Positions 30,420 to 40,260 are shown, numbered from the stretch's first letter. The stretch: 64,000 nt of DNA from Candidatus Saccharimonadota bacterium (GCA_016700315.1 CP065013.1:853298-917297); one strand, 5' to 3'. Numbers and translations are program-made. The notes: generated from the sequence alone by a model not told the origin.

Positions 30420-30448
30420 TTGCTACTTTAGGCTAGCTACTATATAAT
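30420..30448 (+). promoter_or_regulatory. Putative tuf promoter TTGCTA-N17-TATAAT
   Basis: -35 at 30420-30425 and -10 at 30443-30448. This implies a leader of about 175 nt. Confidence 0.6.
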
Positions 30449-30629
30449 CTTAAGTGTAACTCGCGTGAGGGCTTTTCTTAATGTTAAAAGAAATATGGAT
30501 CGCGAAAGTTAAAAATTCATTAAACCCTTAAAAAATCAGGGTAATGCGTATAGGGTCGGAGGTATAGAAAGCTAAAACCTACGAGCCAATCGCTAACCCT
30601 AATAAAAATCATGAAAGGATTTTTAAAAC

Positions 30630-31811
30630 ATGGCAGATTTTGATCGAAGCAAGCCACACGTAAACGTAGGTACTATGGGTCACGTTGACCACGGTAAAAC
30701 TACTCTTACAGCTGCTATTACTCACGTACTAGCCAAGAAGCTACCAAGTGACGTTAACAAACCAATTAATTACGACCAAATCGACAACGCTCCAGAAGAG
30801 AAAGCTCGTGGTATTACCATTGCTACTTCTCACCAAGAGTACGAGTCAGAGAAGCGTCACTATGCGCACGTTGACATGCCAGGACACGCTGACTACGTCA
30901 AGAACATGATTACTGGTGCTGCTCAGGTAGACGGTGCAATTCTTGTCGTGTCTGCCGCCGACGGCCCTATGCCTCAGACTCGCGAACACGTACTGCTTGC
31001 TCGTCAAGTGGGCGTACCTTCTATCCTTGTTTTCCTTAACAAGATGGACATGGCCGACGCTGAGCTCGTTGAGCTAGTCGAGATGGATATCCGTGAACTT
31101 CTTGCTAAGAACGGTTTTGATGAAAACGCTCCTATCGTTAAGGGTTCTGCTCTTAAGGCTCTTGAGGGCGATGCAGCCAACGAAGATGCAATTATGGAAC
31201 TTGTCAAAGCTATGGACGACTACATTCCAGAACCAAAGCGCGATCTAGACAAGCCATTCATGATGAGCGTCGAAGACGTCTTCTCGATCAAAGGTCGTGG
31301 AACTGTAGCTACAGGACGTATTGAGACTGGTATCGTTAAAGTTAATGAAGAAGTTGAAATCGTCGGTATCCGTCCAACGACTAAGAGTGTTGTGACTGGT
31401 GTCGAAATGTTCAAAAAGAACCTTAACCAAGGTCAAGCCGGTGACAATGTTGGCTTGCTGCTTCGTGGTGTTGAGCGTGATGATATCGAGCGTGGCCAGG
31501 TTATTGCCAAGCCAGGTTCAATCACTCCACACACAGAGTTTGACGCAGAAGTTTATATCCTTACCAAAGAAGAGGGCGGACGTCATACTCCATTCTTCAA
31601 GGGCTACAAGCCACAGTTCTACTTCCGTACTACGGACGTTACTGGTGAGGTTGAGCTTCCAGCTGACAAAGAAATGGTTATGCCTGGTGACACTATCACC
31701 TTCAAGGTAAAACTACTTGCTCCAATCGCCATGGAACAGGGCCTACGTTTCGCTATTCGCGAAGGTGGCCGTACCGTCGGCGCTGGTGTTGTTACTAAAA
31801 TTAATAAGTAG
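30630..31811 (+). CDS. tuf: Elongation factor Tu
   Basis: [30 protein letters not shown]. Confidence 0.98.
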   Translation: MADFDRSKPHVNVGTMGHVDHGKTTLTAAITHVLAKKLPSDVNKPINYDQIDNAPEEKARGITIATSHQEYESEKRHYAHVDMPGHADYVKNMITGAAQVDGAILVVSAADGPMPQTREHVLLARQVGVPSILVFLNKMDMADAELVELVEMDIRELLAKNGFDENAPIVKGSALKALEGDAANEDAIMELVKAMDDYIPEPKRDLDKPFMMSVEDVFSIKGRGTVATGRIETGIVKVNEEVEIVGIRPTTKSVVTGVEMFKKNLNQGQAGDNVGLLLRGVERDDIERGQVIAKPGSITPHTEFDAEVYILTKEEGGRHTPFFKGYKPQFYFRTTDVTGEVELPADKEMVMPGDTITFKVKLLAPIAMEQGLRFAIREGGRTVGAGVVTKINK

Positions 31812-31832
31812 TAACGCTAAGGTCAGAACAAA

Positions 31833-31864
31833 GCTCGGTTGTAAGACCGGGCTTTTTCTTTTGA
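31833..31864 (+). terminator. Rho-independent terminator after tuf
   Basis: GCTCGGT-TGTAAG-ACCGGGC (one G-U pair) followed by TTTTTCTTTT. Confidence 0.8.
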
Positions 31865-32082
31865 TTGTGTCATTAGAAGATTTGTTGTACAATCATATTG
31901 TAATAACATTTTAAGGTGACTAAAAGTCGGTTTGACTTAGAGCGATGGCCCCAAAAATGCCCCTCAGCAAACAGATGTTACACCAAGATAGACCATAGAC
32001 TGTAGTAAATAGTCCACAGTAGCTTCTATGGACTAAGAGCCAAGGACCATGGTCTGCACAGATGACTGAGAGGAGTCAAATT

Positions 32083-32424
32083 ATGGCAGAGGCCAAGAAA
32101 CCAACAAACCAACCAAGCCAGCAGGCGAGAATCCGCATTCGCCTTAAGGCCTATGATCACAAAGTGATTGATCAGTCTGCTAAGCAGATTGTAGATACTG
32201 CACTTCGAACCGGAGCTACACTTGCAGGGCCGATCCCCTTGCCAACTCGTAAAACTACCTACACAGTAGTTAAGAGCCCGCATGTCTACAAAAAGGGCCG
32301 TGAACAGTTTGAGATGCGTGTCCATAAGCGCCTAATCGATGTGCTAAACCCTACTCCAAAAACAATCGATTCATTGATGAACCTTTCGTTGCCCGCAGGC
32401 TGCGACGCCGAAATCAAGATGTAA
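32083..32424 (+). CDS. rpsJ: 30S ribosomal protein S10
   Basis: [16 protein letters not shown]...[24 protein letters not shown] lies 8 nt before ATG 32083. Confidence 0.95.
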   Translation: MAEAKKPTNQPSQQARIRIRLKAYDHKVIDQSAKQIVDTALRTGATLAGPIPLPTRKTTYTVVKSPHVYKKGREQFEMRVHKRLIDVLNPTPKTIDSLMNLSLPAGCDAEIKM

Positions 32425-32428
32425 ACTA

Positions 32429-32707
32429 ATGAACATCGAATTCGTCGGTAATCAAATAAATTTTCCGATTCCGAAAGGCCAAATACGTGTGCGTTTTTTT
32501 GTACTGTCTAACCTTACTTGCGGTATGATAAGCGCAAACACCATAGACACAGAACAAGTGACTATAGCATCCGTAGAGACAACTCATGTCGTTCCAACAG
32601 AAGATCCTATGCAAGTTGTAAACTTTGCAGATAAGGCAGCGTTCTTAATACAGCGGACTTTCTGCCCTGAGGAGCAGTCTAAAGCAACCACATTATTCAA
32701 GCACTAA
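32429..32707 (+). CDS. Hypothetical protein (92 aa) immediately after rpsJ
   Basis: ORF only. The ATG is 4 nt after the rpsJ stop. Confidence 0.45.
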   Translation: MNIEFVGNQINFPIPKGQIRVRFFVLSNLTCGMISANTIDTEQVTIASVETTHVVPTEDPMQVVNFADKAAFLIQRTFCPEEQSKATTLFKH

Positions 32708-32749
32708 TATTGAGCTTAATAAAGTTAACTTTTAGTGTAAAATATGCTT

Positions 32750-33019
32750 ATGGTTAAGAAAAATAGAAAAAGTCTAATAAAAGACTCTGATGAAGAGTTT
32801 TTTCTGAAGTTAGTTATGTTCTTGGTCTTTGGCTGTTTGTGGCTGAGAGTAGAACGTTTTCCTGAGTGGCAGTTACCGATTCCATTTGGGCTTCTGCTGG
32901 GTCTTTGGTTTGCGAGCCGCGACCATTTTGCGATCAATCGTAAGATAGAATACGCGGTACTGCTGCTTGCTTGTTTGGTTGGCTTCTGGCTACCAATTGG
33001 CGTACGAGTTAGTTTATAA
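32750..33019 (+). CDS. Hypothetical small membrane protein (~89 aa, 2-3 TM)
   Basis: Hydrophobic helices FFLKLVMFLVFGCLWL and LLLACLVGFWLPIG. TAAAAT (32738-32743) is 6 nt before ATG 32750. ATG 32744 is an alternative. Confidence 0.5.
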   Translation: MVKKNRKSLIKDSDEEFFLKLVMFLVFGCLWLRVERFPEWQLPIPFGLLLGLWFASRDHFAINRKIEYAVLLLACLVGFWLPIGVRVSL

Positions 33020-33080
33020 AGTTCAAAAGTATATAAAGTTTTTAAAGTTGATAAGGTTATAGAGTTCATAAAGTTTTTAG
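33020..33080. repeat. Short-word low-complexity spacer
   Basis: ATAAAGTTTTTA x2 and GTTATAGAGTT x2, interleaved. Confidence 0.7.
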
Positions 33081-33424
33081 TTATAGAGTTTTTATCAAAC
33101 CTGAAAGCATTTTTGATATTTCAATAGCTAGCTCCGAAAGTTCAACAGCCTCTTTCTCATCGAAAAGTCCAATTTCTATTCCTAAGCTAAGCATTGACCT
33201 TACTTCAGCTCATGAGCCTTTTGATATGTATAAGAAGTTTCTGAACTCTTTGTTACCATTTCGCTCGTAACCTTCGGCATATTGCTCATTACAGACACAG
33301 CTGACCGCTGCAACTGATCCTTGAATGAATAATCATTGCAGTTTTTAAGGATTTTGTATATGCCTACAGCAAGCAGTTTTGATTTTTGCCAGGCATTTAT
33401 CTGTTCGAATGACATAAACTTCAT
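33081..33424 (-). pseudogene. Four-helix-bundle protein (23S rRNA intervening-sequence protein family, TIGR02436-like), disrupted
   Basis: The N-terminus FEQINAWQKS...QLQRSAVSVMSNM continues in the -1 frame as AEGYERNGNKEFRNFLYISKGS*AEVRSMLSLGIEIGLFDEKEAVELSELAIEISKMLSGLIKTL. One frameshift near 33279-33283 and an in-frame TGA at 33210-33212. Confidence 0.8.
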
Positions 33425-33465
33425 AATCCTAACTTTACTAACTTCATTGTAGAATCCTCAACATC

Positions 33466-33495
33466 TTGACAGGTGTTATAGTTTTGTGCTAATCT
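33466..33495 (+). promoter_or_regulatory. Putative promoter TTGACA-N18-(TGc)TAATCT for rplC and the downstream operon
   Basis: -35 at 33466-33471 and extended -10 at 33487-33495. This implies a leader of about 150 nt before rplC. Confidence 0.55.
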
Positions 33496-33647
33496 GTAAT
33501 CAATATCGAAACTTGGTTATCGAGCAAGTCTACGGATACTGCTTGAAGCCAAGAATTTTTGTGCCTTAAGGAATGGATCCAAAACTCCTTGAGGCAACAA
33601 TCGGCCGGTATCAAATTATTAACTATAAACAAAAGGTTTAAACCAGT

Positions 33648-34259
33648 ATGAAAGCTCTCATTACGAGAAAGATTGGTATGATCAGCGCTATGGCCGAAGA
33701 CGGTTCTGTCGCTGCTGTGACGCTGCTTTCCGCTACACCATGTGTAATTACACAACTCAAGACCGAGGACAACGACGGTTATAATTCCGTACAGCTTGGC
33801 TTCGAAGAAGGTAAAAATATAGCTAAGCCACTCGCTGGCCATCTAGCAAAATCAAAAGCCACACCAAAAATTATCCGTGAATTTAGAATAACAGAACCCA
33901 GCGAAGACCTCGCAGTAGGCAAAGAGCTTACAGCCGAGGTCTTTTCTGTTGGCGACCAAGTAGACGTTACTGGAACTAGCAAGGGTAAAGGTTGGGCCGG
34001 TACTATCAAGCGCCACAATTTCAAACGAGGCCGCAAAACTCATGGTGGCCGTTCCTACAGACGAGTTGGCTCTATCGGCTCGATGTATCCTCAAAAGATT
34101 TTTAAAGGCAAGCGCATGGCCGGCCAAATGGGCGATGAACAAGTTACAGTAAAGCGCCTTAAAGTAGCGATTGTCGATGTTACCAACAATGTTATCGGTG
34201 TTTATGGAGCAGTTCCCGGACCAAAAAAGGGAATTGTTTTAATTAAGGAGGCGAAATAA
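33648..34259 (+). CDS. rplC: 50S ribosomal protein L3
   Basis: L3 family (KGKGWAGTIKRHNF). Confidence 0.96.
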   Translation: MKALITRKIGMISAMAEDGSVAAVTLLSATPCVITQLKTEDNDGYNSVQLGFEEGKNIAKPLAGHLAKSKATPKIIREFRITEPSEDLAVGKELTAEVFSVGDQVDVTGTSKGKGWAGTIKRHNFKRGRKTHGGRSYRRVGSIGSMYPQKIFKGKRMAGQMGDEQVTVKRLKVAIVDVTNNVIGVYGAVPGPKKGIVLIKEAK

Positions 34260-34930
34260 TGAGTGTTGCAACATATACAAAGTCTGGCACCAAAGCTGCA
34301 GCTCCTAGTCGTCTTAAGAAGGAAGTTTTTGAGCTAGAAGTAAAAACGCATGATCTTATCAAGCAGGCTTACCTCGCGGATCAAGCTAATACCAGGGCTA
34401 ACCTAGCTGTGACCAAAAAGCGCGGTGAAGTGCGTGGTGGCGGCAAGAAACCGTGGAAACAAAAAGGTACTGGACGCGCTCGTTTTGGCTCTTCAAGAGT
34501 GCCAATCTGGCGCGGTGGTGGTATTGTTTTTGGCCCAACCGGAAATGAGAACTACTCGATCAAGCTAAACAAAGCAGCCAAGAAAACAGCCATTAAGCAA
34601 GCGCTTAGTTTATCTGCTAGCTCATCAAAACTGATAATAATTGAATCGATCGAGCTAAAGGAAGCTAAAACCAGTGCAGCAAACAACCTATTAAGTAGAA
34701 TCGGCGCAACCGGTAGTGTTCTGGTTGTGGTTTCTGCAAAAACTCCAGAGCTAGTTAGAGCCTTCAGAAATCTTGCCAATGTCAAACTAGCGGCAGCTAG
34801 CTACCTAAACGTATTTGACATCATCAATGCAGATCACATCGTACTTACCGCAGATGCAGTATCGACCGTGCACGATTGGCTGGCGGCTTCCGAAAAACCA
34901 GCAGCCAAAGGAGGAAAAAATAATGAGTAA
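34259..34930 (+). CDS. rplD: 50S ribosomal protein L4
   Basis: L4 family ([15 protein letters not shown]). SD AAGGAGG upstream. Confidence 0.95.
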   Translation: MSVATYTKSGTKAAAPSRLKKEVFELEVKTHDLIKQAYLADQANTRANLAVTKKRGEVRGGGKKPWKQKGTGRARFGSSRVPIWRGGGIVFGPTGNENYSIKLNKAAKKTAIKQALSLSASSSKLIIIESIELKEAKTSAANNLLSRIGATGSVLVVVSAKTPELVRAFRNLANVKLAAASYLNVFDIINADHIVLTADAVSTVHDWLAASEKPAAKGGKNNE

Positions 34931-35315
34931 GACTACAATCCTCATCCCTGTGGTTAGCGAAAAGGCATATGGCGCCAGCAGCTCACTCAATCGATTTGCT
35001 TTTGTGGTTCCTAAGACCGCAAACAAGCATGAGGTAGCCAGAGCTGTTGCCGCACAATACGGCGTCGAAGTAGTGTCGGTTGCGATCGTTAATCAACTTG
35101 GCAAGACAACGCGTGCCTATCGCAGCAAGCGAATGGTCAGCGGTAGCCGTAGCGACTACAAAAAGGCTTATGTAACCATTAAGGCCGGACAGTCATTGCC
35201 AATTTTTGCAGCAGTTGAAGAAGCGGAAGCTCCAAAACCTGCCAAAGAGGCTAAGTCGTCAGATAAACCCAAAAAAAGCTTGCTAAAGCGTGCTTCTAAG
35301 AAGGAGGAAAAATAA
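34923..35315 (+). CDS. rplW: 50S ribosomal protein L23 with Lys/Ala-rich C-terminal extension
   Basis: The ATG at 34923 overlaps the rplD end. PVVSEKAY...AFVVPKTANKHEV. The ORF-track start at 34815 overlaps rplD and is discounted. Confidence 0.92.
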   Translation: MSKTTILIPVVSEKAYGASSSLNRFAFVVPKTANKHEVARAVAAQYGVEVVSVAIVNQLGKTTRAYRSKRMVSGSRSDYKKAYVTIKAGQSLPIFAAVEEAEAPKPAKEAKSSDKPKKSLLKRASKKEEK

Positions 35316-35317
35316 TC

Positions 35318-36172
35318 ATGGCTCTAAGATCCATTAAACCTACTACTCCTGGCCAGCGCGGTATGAGTACGCAGGATTTTGACGGCATTACTACCCGTAA
35401 ACCCGTTCGTTCGCTAATTAAGATCAAGAAAAAAACTAGTGGCCGAAACAACCAAGGCCGTATAACCACTAGGCACAAGGGGGGCGGAGTCAAGCAGTAC
35501 TACCGACTAGTAAACTTTAATCTTGCAAGCGGCACCAAGGCTGTTGTGGAGCACATAGAATATGACCCTAACCGCACAGCAAGACTTGCCCGTATCAAGG
35601 AAGCAAACGGCAAATACCATTACATTTTGGCGGCCAACGGCATAAAAGTGGGCGCCAAGATCGAGAGTGGAGATGAAGCTCCAATTGTTATCGGCAATAG
35701 AATACAGCTTAAGAACATACCGACCGGCACCAGTGTTTATGCTGTAGAATTGCAGCCAGGCAAAGGCGGCCAAATCGCTCGTTCTGCTGGCCAGAGCGTT
35801 CAAATTGTCGCCAAAGAAGACCACCAAATTCAGCTAAAAATGCCAAGCGGTGAAATCCGCATCGTTTTGCCTACTTGTATGGCACACATTGGCGTAATTG
35901 GTAACGAGCAACATCAGAACATCAATTACGGTAAGGCCGGCCGAACTCGCAAACGAGGTATTCGTCCAACCGTGCGTGGTGTTGTCCAGAACGCTGTCGA
36001 TCACCCTCACGGTGGTGGAGACGGTGGTCGTCACGGTGTTGGTGGTAGCACTAATCACGGTGCAGCGCCTCGCACACCTTGGGGCCAGAAGACACTCGGA
36101 TTCAAGACCCGAACCCGTAAGAGTACTAATAAATTTATCGTAAGAAGCCGTCACGCGGCCAAGAGGAAATAA
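35318..36172 (+). CDS. rplB: 50S ribosomal protein L2
   Basis: L2 family (GRNNQGRITTRHKGGG, HPHGGGDG). Confidence 0.97.
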   Translation: MALRSIKPTTPGQRGMSTQDFDGITTRKPVRSLIKIKKKTSGRNNQGRITTRHKGGGVKQYYRLVNFNLASGTKAVVEHIEYDPNRTARLARIKEANGKYHYILAANGIKVGAKIESGDEAPIVIGNRIQLKNIPTGTSVYAVELQPGKGGQIARSAGQSVQIVAKEDHQIQLKMPSGEIRIVLPTCMAHIGVIGNEQHQNINYGKAGRTRKRGIRPTVRGVVQNAVDHPHGGGDGGRHGVGGSTNHGAAPRTPWGQKTLGFKTRTRKSTNKFIVRSRHAAKRK

Positions 36173-36174
36173 TT

Positions 36175-36396
36175 ATGAGTAATACTTTAAATATTTGCAG
36201 AAATTGTCCAGTTATGCAGATCCGCAGACTATCAGAGGGTGCTATCTGCAGCGGCAACAATGCGGGCTCTCCTGAATGTATAACATCATTAGAAAATTTA
36301 TTGGATGAAAAATATATCAAGCCTTCAATATACGAAACACTTCTTGTCGAGCAACAGTTAGGTAAAATCGTAAGTATAGGGGCGGAAAATGAGTAG
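36175..36396 (+). CDS. Hypothetical Cys-containing small protein (73 aa) between rplB and rpsS
   Basis: The ATG is 2 nt after the rplB stop, behind AAGAGGAAA. The 3' end overlaps the rpsS start by 8 nt. Cys at residues 8, 11, 25 and 35 (CRNC...C...C). Confidence 0.5.
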   Translation: MSNTLNICRNCPVMQIRRLSEGAICSGNNAGSPECITSLENLLDEKYIKPSIYETLLVEQQLGKIVSIGAENE

Positions 36397-36661
36397 GAGT
36401 CTTAAAAAAGGACCATTCGTGGATTTCAAGCTTGCTAAGAAGGTGAATGCTCTTGGCGCTGAAGACCGCACAATTATTAAGACCTGGGCAAGAGCCAGTA
36501 CTATTCCGCCAGAATTTGTCGGCCGCACCATTGCTGTGCATAATGGCAAGGTGCATGTTCCTGTTTTCGTAACAGAGAACATGGTTGGCCACAAACTCGG
36601 AGAATTTGCCCCAACCCGTAAGTTCCGCAAACATGGCGGTAAGATGGCGAAGGGAGCATAA
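36389..36661 (+). CDS. rpsS: 30S ribosomal protein S19
   Basis: [11 protein letters not shown]...HNGK. Confidence 0.96.
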   Translation: MSRSLKKGPFVDFKLAKKVNALGAEDRTIIKTWARASTIPPEFVGRTIAVHNGKVHVPVFVTENMVGHKLGEFAPTRKFRKHGGKMAKGA

Positions 36662-36664
36662 AGT

Positions 36665-37039
36665 ATGAACGTTATTGCTACCGCCAAAGGTGTACGAATG
36701 AGCCCACGCAAAGTTGGTGTTGTTGCCAGCCTTGTTCGCAACCGCACTGTTGCTGACGCTATGGTCATTTTAAGCCACACACCCCGCAGATCTGCTTCTG
36801 TTGTTGAGAAAGTGATTGCTAGTGCTAGAGCTAATGCCGAACACAACTTCAACCTAAAGCCAGACACACTTAAAATAGTCGAGATCAGTGTTACAAGTGG
36901 ACCGCGTATCAAGCGCTACCGCCCAGCGGCTCATGGTCGCGCATTGCCTTTTCAGCGTCGTTCAAGCCATATTCGTGTTGTTGTAACTGGTGAAGTACGT
37001 CAGAAACCAGCTAAAGCGACGAAAGTAGAGGAGAAATAG
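36665..37039 (+). CDS. rplV: 50S ribosomal protein L22
   Basis: L22 family (SPRKVGVVASLVRN). Confidence 0.95.
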   Translation: MNVIATAKGVRMSPRKVGVVASLVRNRTVADAMVILSHTPRRSASVVEKVIASARANAEHNFNLKPDTLKIVEISVTSGPRIKRYRPAAHGRALPFQRRSSHIRVVVTGEVRQKPAKATKVEEK

Positions 37040-37040
37040 T

Positions 37041-37670
37041 ATGGGACAAAAAGTTAACCCGATCTCCATGAGATTGCAAGTGAATAAAGACTGGCGCAGC
37101 AAATGGTTTGCTAGTCGCAAAGATTACGCTAAGTATCTAAAAGACGACCTCGAGGTTCGAAAACTTATCAAAGATAAGCTAGGCAAAAGAGCAGCTATTA
37201 ACAAAGTTGACATTGAGCGGTCGCCAAACCTTATAACTGTAACTCTTCAGACAGCCAAGGCTGGTGTAGTGATTGGGCGTGGTGGTGCAGGCGTTCAAGA
37301 ATTGAAGACTGCTATCGAGAAGGTATATCAGACTCCTACAAGACTAAATATAGAGGAAGTTAAAAAGCCAGAGCTTTACGCAAAGTTGGTCGGCGAAAAC
37401 ATCGCCAACCAGATTGAACGACGTATTTCATTCCGCCGTGCGATTAAACAAGCCAGTGCCAATGCCATGCGTGCTGGCGCTAAAGGCGTTCGTATCGAGA
37501 TTGCTGGTCGTCTTAATGGCGCTGAAATGTCTCGTCGCGAAAAAGAAGTAGCCGGAAGTGTGCCGCTGCATACCATTCGTGCCGATATTGATTTTGCACA
37601 AGTTGACGCTCAGACTCCTGCCGGGATTATCGGTATCAAAGTCTGGATTTACAAAGGGGAGGTTTTGTAA
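37041..37670 (+). CDS. rpsC: 30S ribosomal protein S3
   Basis: MGQKVNP, KH domain. Confidence 0.96.
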   Translation: MGQKVNPISMRLQVNKDWRSKWFASRKDYAKYLKDDLEVRKLIKDKLGKRAAINKVDIERSPNLITVTLQTAKAGVVIGRGGAGVQELKTAIEKVYQTPTRLNIEEVKKPELYAKLVGENIANQIERRISFRRAIKQASANAMRAGAKGVRIEIAGRLNGAEMSRREKEVAGSVPLHTIRADIDFAQVDAQTPAGIIGIKVWIYKGEVL

Positions 37671-38083
37671 TGTTGTTACCTAACAAAACCAAGTACCGCA
37701 AGGTACGAAAAGGCACCAACGAAGGTGTCGCAACTAGACTTAACTACATTGCTCATGGTGATTTTGGTCTACAGTCGCTCGAAAACGAGCGCATTACCAG
37801 CAGACAGATCGAGGCTGCGCGTCAGGCAATGACTCGCTACATTAAGCGTGGTGGTCAAATCTGGATAAGAATTTTCCCGCATACTCCTGTTAGTCGCAAG
37901 CCACATGATGTAAAGATGGGTAGCGGCAAAGGCAATCCAGAATTTTTTGTGGCAAAAGTCCAAACCGGAACAGTCTTGTTCGAAATGGGCGGCGTCACAC
38001 GCGAAGTAGCCCAAGAAGCTATGCGCCTTGCTGGCCACAAGTTGCCAGTTAAGACAAAGTTCATTGAGAAGGAGGGCAGATAA
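37670..38083 (+). CDS. rplP: 50S ribosomal protein L16
   Basis: [11 protein letters not shown]... Confidence 0.96.
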   Translation: MLLPNKTKYRKVRKGTNEGVATRLNYIAHGDFGLQSLENERITSRQIEAARQAMTRYIKRGGQIWIRIFPHTPVSRKPHDVKMGSGKGNPEFFVAKVQTGTVLFEMGGVTREVAQEAMRLAGHKLPVKTKFIEKEGR

Positions 38084-38283
38084 TGAAAATCGTTGAAATC
38101 CGTAAACTGCCAACAGAGAAACTAACTGAGGAGAGCGTACGCCTTCGTGAAGAAATTTCAGAGATGAAACGACGGCTCAAAATGGGTGAAATGCAAAACG
38201 TACGAGTTGTGCGAGCAAAGCGCAAAGATCTAGCTAGAGTTCTAACGGTTCTAAGTGAACAATTGACAAAGGAGAATGCATAA
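38083..38283 (+). CDS. rpmC: 50S ribosomal protein L29
   Basis: Size, position and L29 pattern. Confidence 0.9.
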   Translation: MKIVEIRKLPTEKLTEESVRLREEISEMKRRLKMGEMQNVRVVRAKRKDLARVLTVLSEQLTKENA

Positions 38284-38585
38284 TGGCGCGTCGAATAGTA
38301 GGTACAGTCGTATCCGACAAAGCAGACAAAACTATTGTCGTAGCCTCGCGTACCCGAAAAACACATCCAATTTATAAAAAGACCTATGTTTCTACTAAGA
38401 AATTCATGGCACATGACGAGAAAAACGAAGCCAAGGTTGGCGATCGTGTTTCGATTATCGAAACCAGACCGCTTAGCGCTCGTAAGCGTTTTGCGCTTCG
38501 CAAAGTAATCGAAAAGGCTGCAATCACAGAGTCTGATAGAGTTGACGCCGTAGCGGCATTACCAGAAGAGGAGGCCAAGTCATGA
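38283..38585 (+). CDS. rpsQ: 30S ribosomal protein S17
   Basis: [14 protein letters not shown]...HDE. Confidence 0.94.
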   Translation: MARRIVGTVVSDKADKTIVVASRTRKTHPIYKKTYVSTKKFMAHDEKNEAKVGDRVSIIETRPLSARKRFALRKVIEKAAITESDRVDAVAALPEEEAKS

Positions 38586-38950
38586 TACAACAAGAGTCAA
38601 GACTAGTCGTCTGTGACAACAGTGGCGCTAAAGAGATTTTGTGTATTCGTGTACTTGGCGGTACGCGCCGCCGATACGCACGAGTTGGCGATATCATTGT
38701 GGCAACCGTTAAGCAGGCCAACCCTAGTGGTAACGTTAAGAAAAAATCAGTCGTTAAGGCAGTAGTAGTGCGCAGCCGACGCGAACTTAAACGAGCTGAC
38801 GGCTCAACCATTCGTTTCGACGATAACGCAGCAGTAATTATCGGTGACGACAAATTGCCTAAGGGTACTCGAATTTTTGGCCCAATTCCGCGAGAGCTGC
38901 GTGACCTCGGTTACGCCAAGATAATATCCTTAGCACCGGAGGTACTTTAG
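38582..38950 (+). CDS. rplN: 50S ribosomal protein L14
   Basis: [17 protein letters not shown]. Confidence 0.97.
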   Translation: MIQQESRLVVCDNSGAKEILCIRVLGGTRRRYARVGDIIVATVKQANPSGNVKKKSVVKAVVVRSRRELKRADGSTIRFDDNAAVIIGDDKLPKGTRIFGPIPRELRDLGYAKIISLAPEVL

Positions 38951-39289
38951 ATGAAAGCTTCTAATATGATTTACAAAATTCGCCTCAAAAAAGGCGACAA
39001 TGTCGTCGTTCTATCTGGCAAAGACAAGGGTAAAACTGGTGAGGTAACCGCCACCCATCCCAATCTCAACAAGGTTACGGTTGCCGGGATCAATATTGTT
39101 AAGAAACACCGGAAACCATCACAGGCCAAGCCTCAAGGCGGTATCGAAGAAATAACCAAGCCAATCTGGGTCAGCAAGGTTGCGGTTGTAGAGCCCAACA
39201 GCAAAAAACCAAGCAAAATTGCTTTTAAACTAGACACCAAGGGCAACAAAGTCCGCGTCTTTAAGCGATCCGGCAAGGAGATGAAGTAA
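38951..39289 (+). CDS. rplX: 50S ribosomal protein L24
   Basis: KKGDNVVVLSGKDKGKTGEV. The start could be an internal ATG at 38966. Confidence 0.93.
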   Translation: MKASNMIYKIRLKKGDNVVVLSGKDKGKTGEVTATHPNLNKVTVAGINIVKKHRKPSQAKPQGGIEEITKPIWVSKVAVVEPNSKKPSKIAFKLDTKGNKVRVFKRSGKEMK

Positions 39290-39885
39290 TGGCAGACACT
39301 AAAGCCTCAAAACCTCAGACTAAGTCAGCAAGCAAATATACAGCTAGGCTTAAAAGCCAGTACAACGACAAGATAGCGCTTGAACTGGAAAAAGAACTAG
39401 GCATCAAGAACGTTAACGACGTTCCTAAACTCCAAAAAATAGTTGTATCTTGCGGACTAGGTAAAGCCAAGGACGATAAGAAGGTTATCGAGATTGCAAC
39501 CAATACTTTGACTAAAATCACTGGCCAGAAACCAGTCGAGACTATCGCTCGGATGTCTATCGCTACGTTCAAGCTTCGCGAAGGCAGCAAGATTGGTATC
39601 AAGGTCACATTGCGCGGTGATCGCATGTATGAGTTCATGGATAGGATCATTAACATTGTACTACCTCGTCTTCGTGACTTCCACGGTGTCGGCACCAAGT
39701 TCGATGCTCAAGGTAATTACTCTTTAGGTTTCGTAGACCAGTCTGTTTTTCCGGAGCTAACTTTTGACGAGATCAGTAGTCCTCACGGCCTACAAATAAC
39801 TTTCGTGATTAAATCTCATGGCGCTGAGCACAGTAGGGCACTACTTGAAAAGTTTGGAATGCCATTTGAAAAGGAGAAAAAATAA
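39289..39885 (+). CDS. rplE: 50S ribosomal protein L5
   Basis: L5 family with an N-terminal extension. Confidence 0.95.
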   Translation: MADTKASKPQTKSASKYTARLKSQYNDKIALELEKELGIKNVNDVPKLQKIVVSCGLGKAKDDKKVIEIATNTLTKITGQKPVETIARMSIATFKLREGSKIGIKVTLRGDRMYEFMDRIINIVLPRLRDFHGVGTKFDAQGNYSLGFVDQSVFPELTFDEISSPHGLQITFVIKSHGAEHSRALLEKFGMPFEKEKK

Positions 39886-40154
39886 TGGCTAAGAAATCAA
39901 TTATCGCTAGAGATGCTAAGCGCGAGCGAATGTACCAACAGTATGCGGATAAAAGAGCGGAGCTGAAGAAACTTGGCGACCAAGAAGGACTAGCTAAGCT
40001 TCCACGTAACTCTAGCCCGACTAGACGAAAAAACCGTTGTGTCGAAAGCGGACGACCACGAAGTTACATGCGAAAGTTTGGCTTAAGTCGTCTATCGTTC
40101 CGTGAACACGCTGTAAAGGGCGAAATCCCGGGCGTAACGAAAGCTAGTTGGTAA
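39885..40154 (+). CDS. rpsN: 30S ribosomal protein S14 (long, Cys-less form)
   Basis: [13 protein letters not shown]...[19 protein letters not shown]. No CxxC pairs. Confidence 0.94.
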   Translation: MAKKSIIARDAKRERMYQQYADKRAELKKLGDQEGLAKLPRNSSPTRRKNRCVESGRPRSYMRKFGLSRLSFREHAVKGEIPGVTKASW

Positions 40155-40260
40155 GTGGTATGAAGTTTACAATTTTCCGTAGTTTTCAATTTTCAAAAGC
40201 AGTTGCTCGTGTCTCGAGTCTCGTGACTCAGGGCTCTAAAGTGACGAAAGGAGCGATTAT
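40155..40260. repeat. Short-word low-complexity spacer between rpsN and rpsH
   Basis: CAATTTTC x2 and CTCGTGTCTCGAGTCTCGTGACTC. The spacer is unusually long (106 nt) for this junction. Confidence 0.7.

Noticed and set aside
30216-30420. SRP RNA, tmRNA, 6S RNA or a tRNA in the fusA-tuf spacer (CACCGGTCAGGC vaguely resembles the SRP ACCAGGTCAGG segment).
   Set aside because: The conserved SRP GGAA/GCA tetraloop-helix 8 context is absent, as are the tRNA-like ends and any cloverleaf. The region is kept only as an unexplained structured spacer.
4137-30594. Shared short words between distant spacers (e.g. the 9-mer CCAATCGCT at 4137-4145 and 30586-30594, and the 11-mer TCTGTTAAAAT x3) as evidence of a single repeat family.
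   Set aside because: In 64 kb, thousands of 9-mer pairs and hundreds of 11-mer pairs are expected by chance. Only the long C/D match, the 19-mer array, the 18-mer junction duplication, CIRCE and the long palindromes are statistically meaningful on their own.
32725-33069. 114-aa minus-strand ORF overlapping the 32750..33019 plus-strand ORF.
   Set aside because: The plus-strand frame encodes clear hydrophobic helices and has a -10 box at leaderless spacing. The minus frame is Ser/Lys/Thr-rich low complexity. Neither is proven, and I kept the plus-strand call at low confidence.
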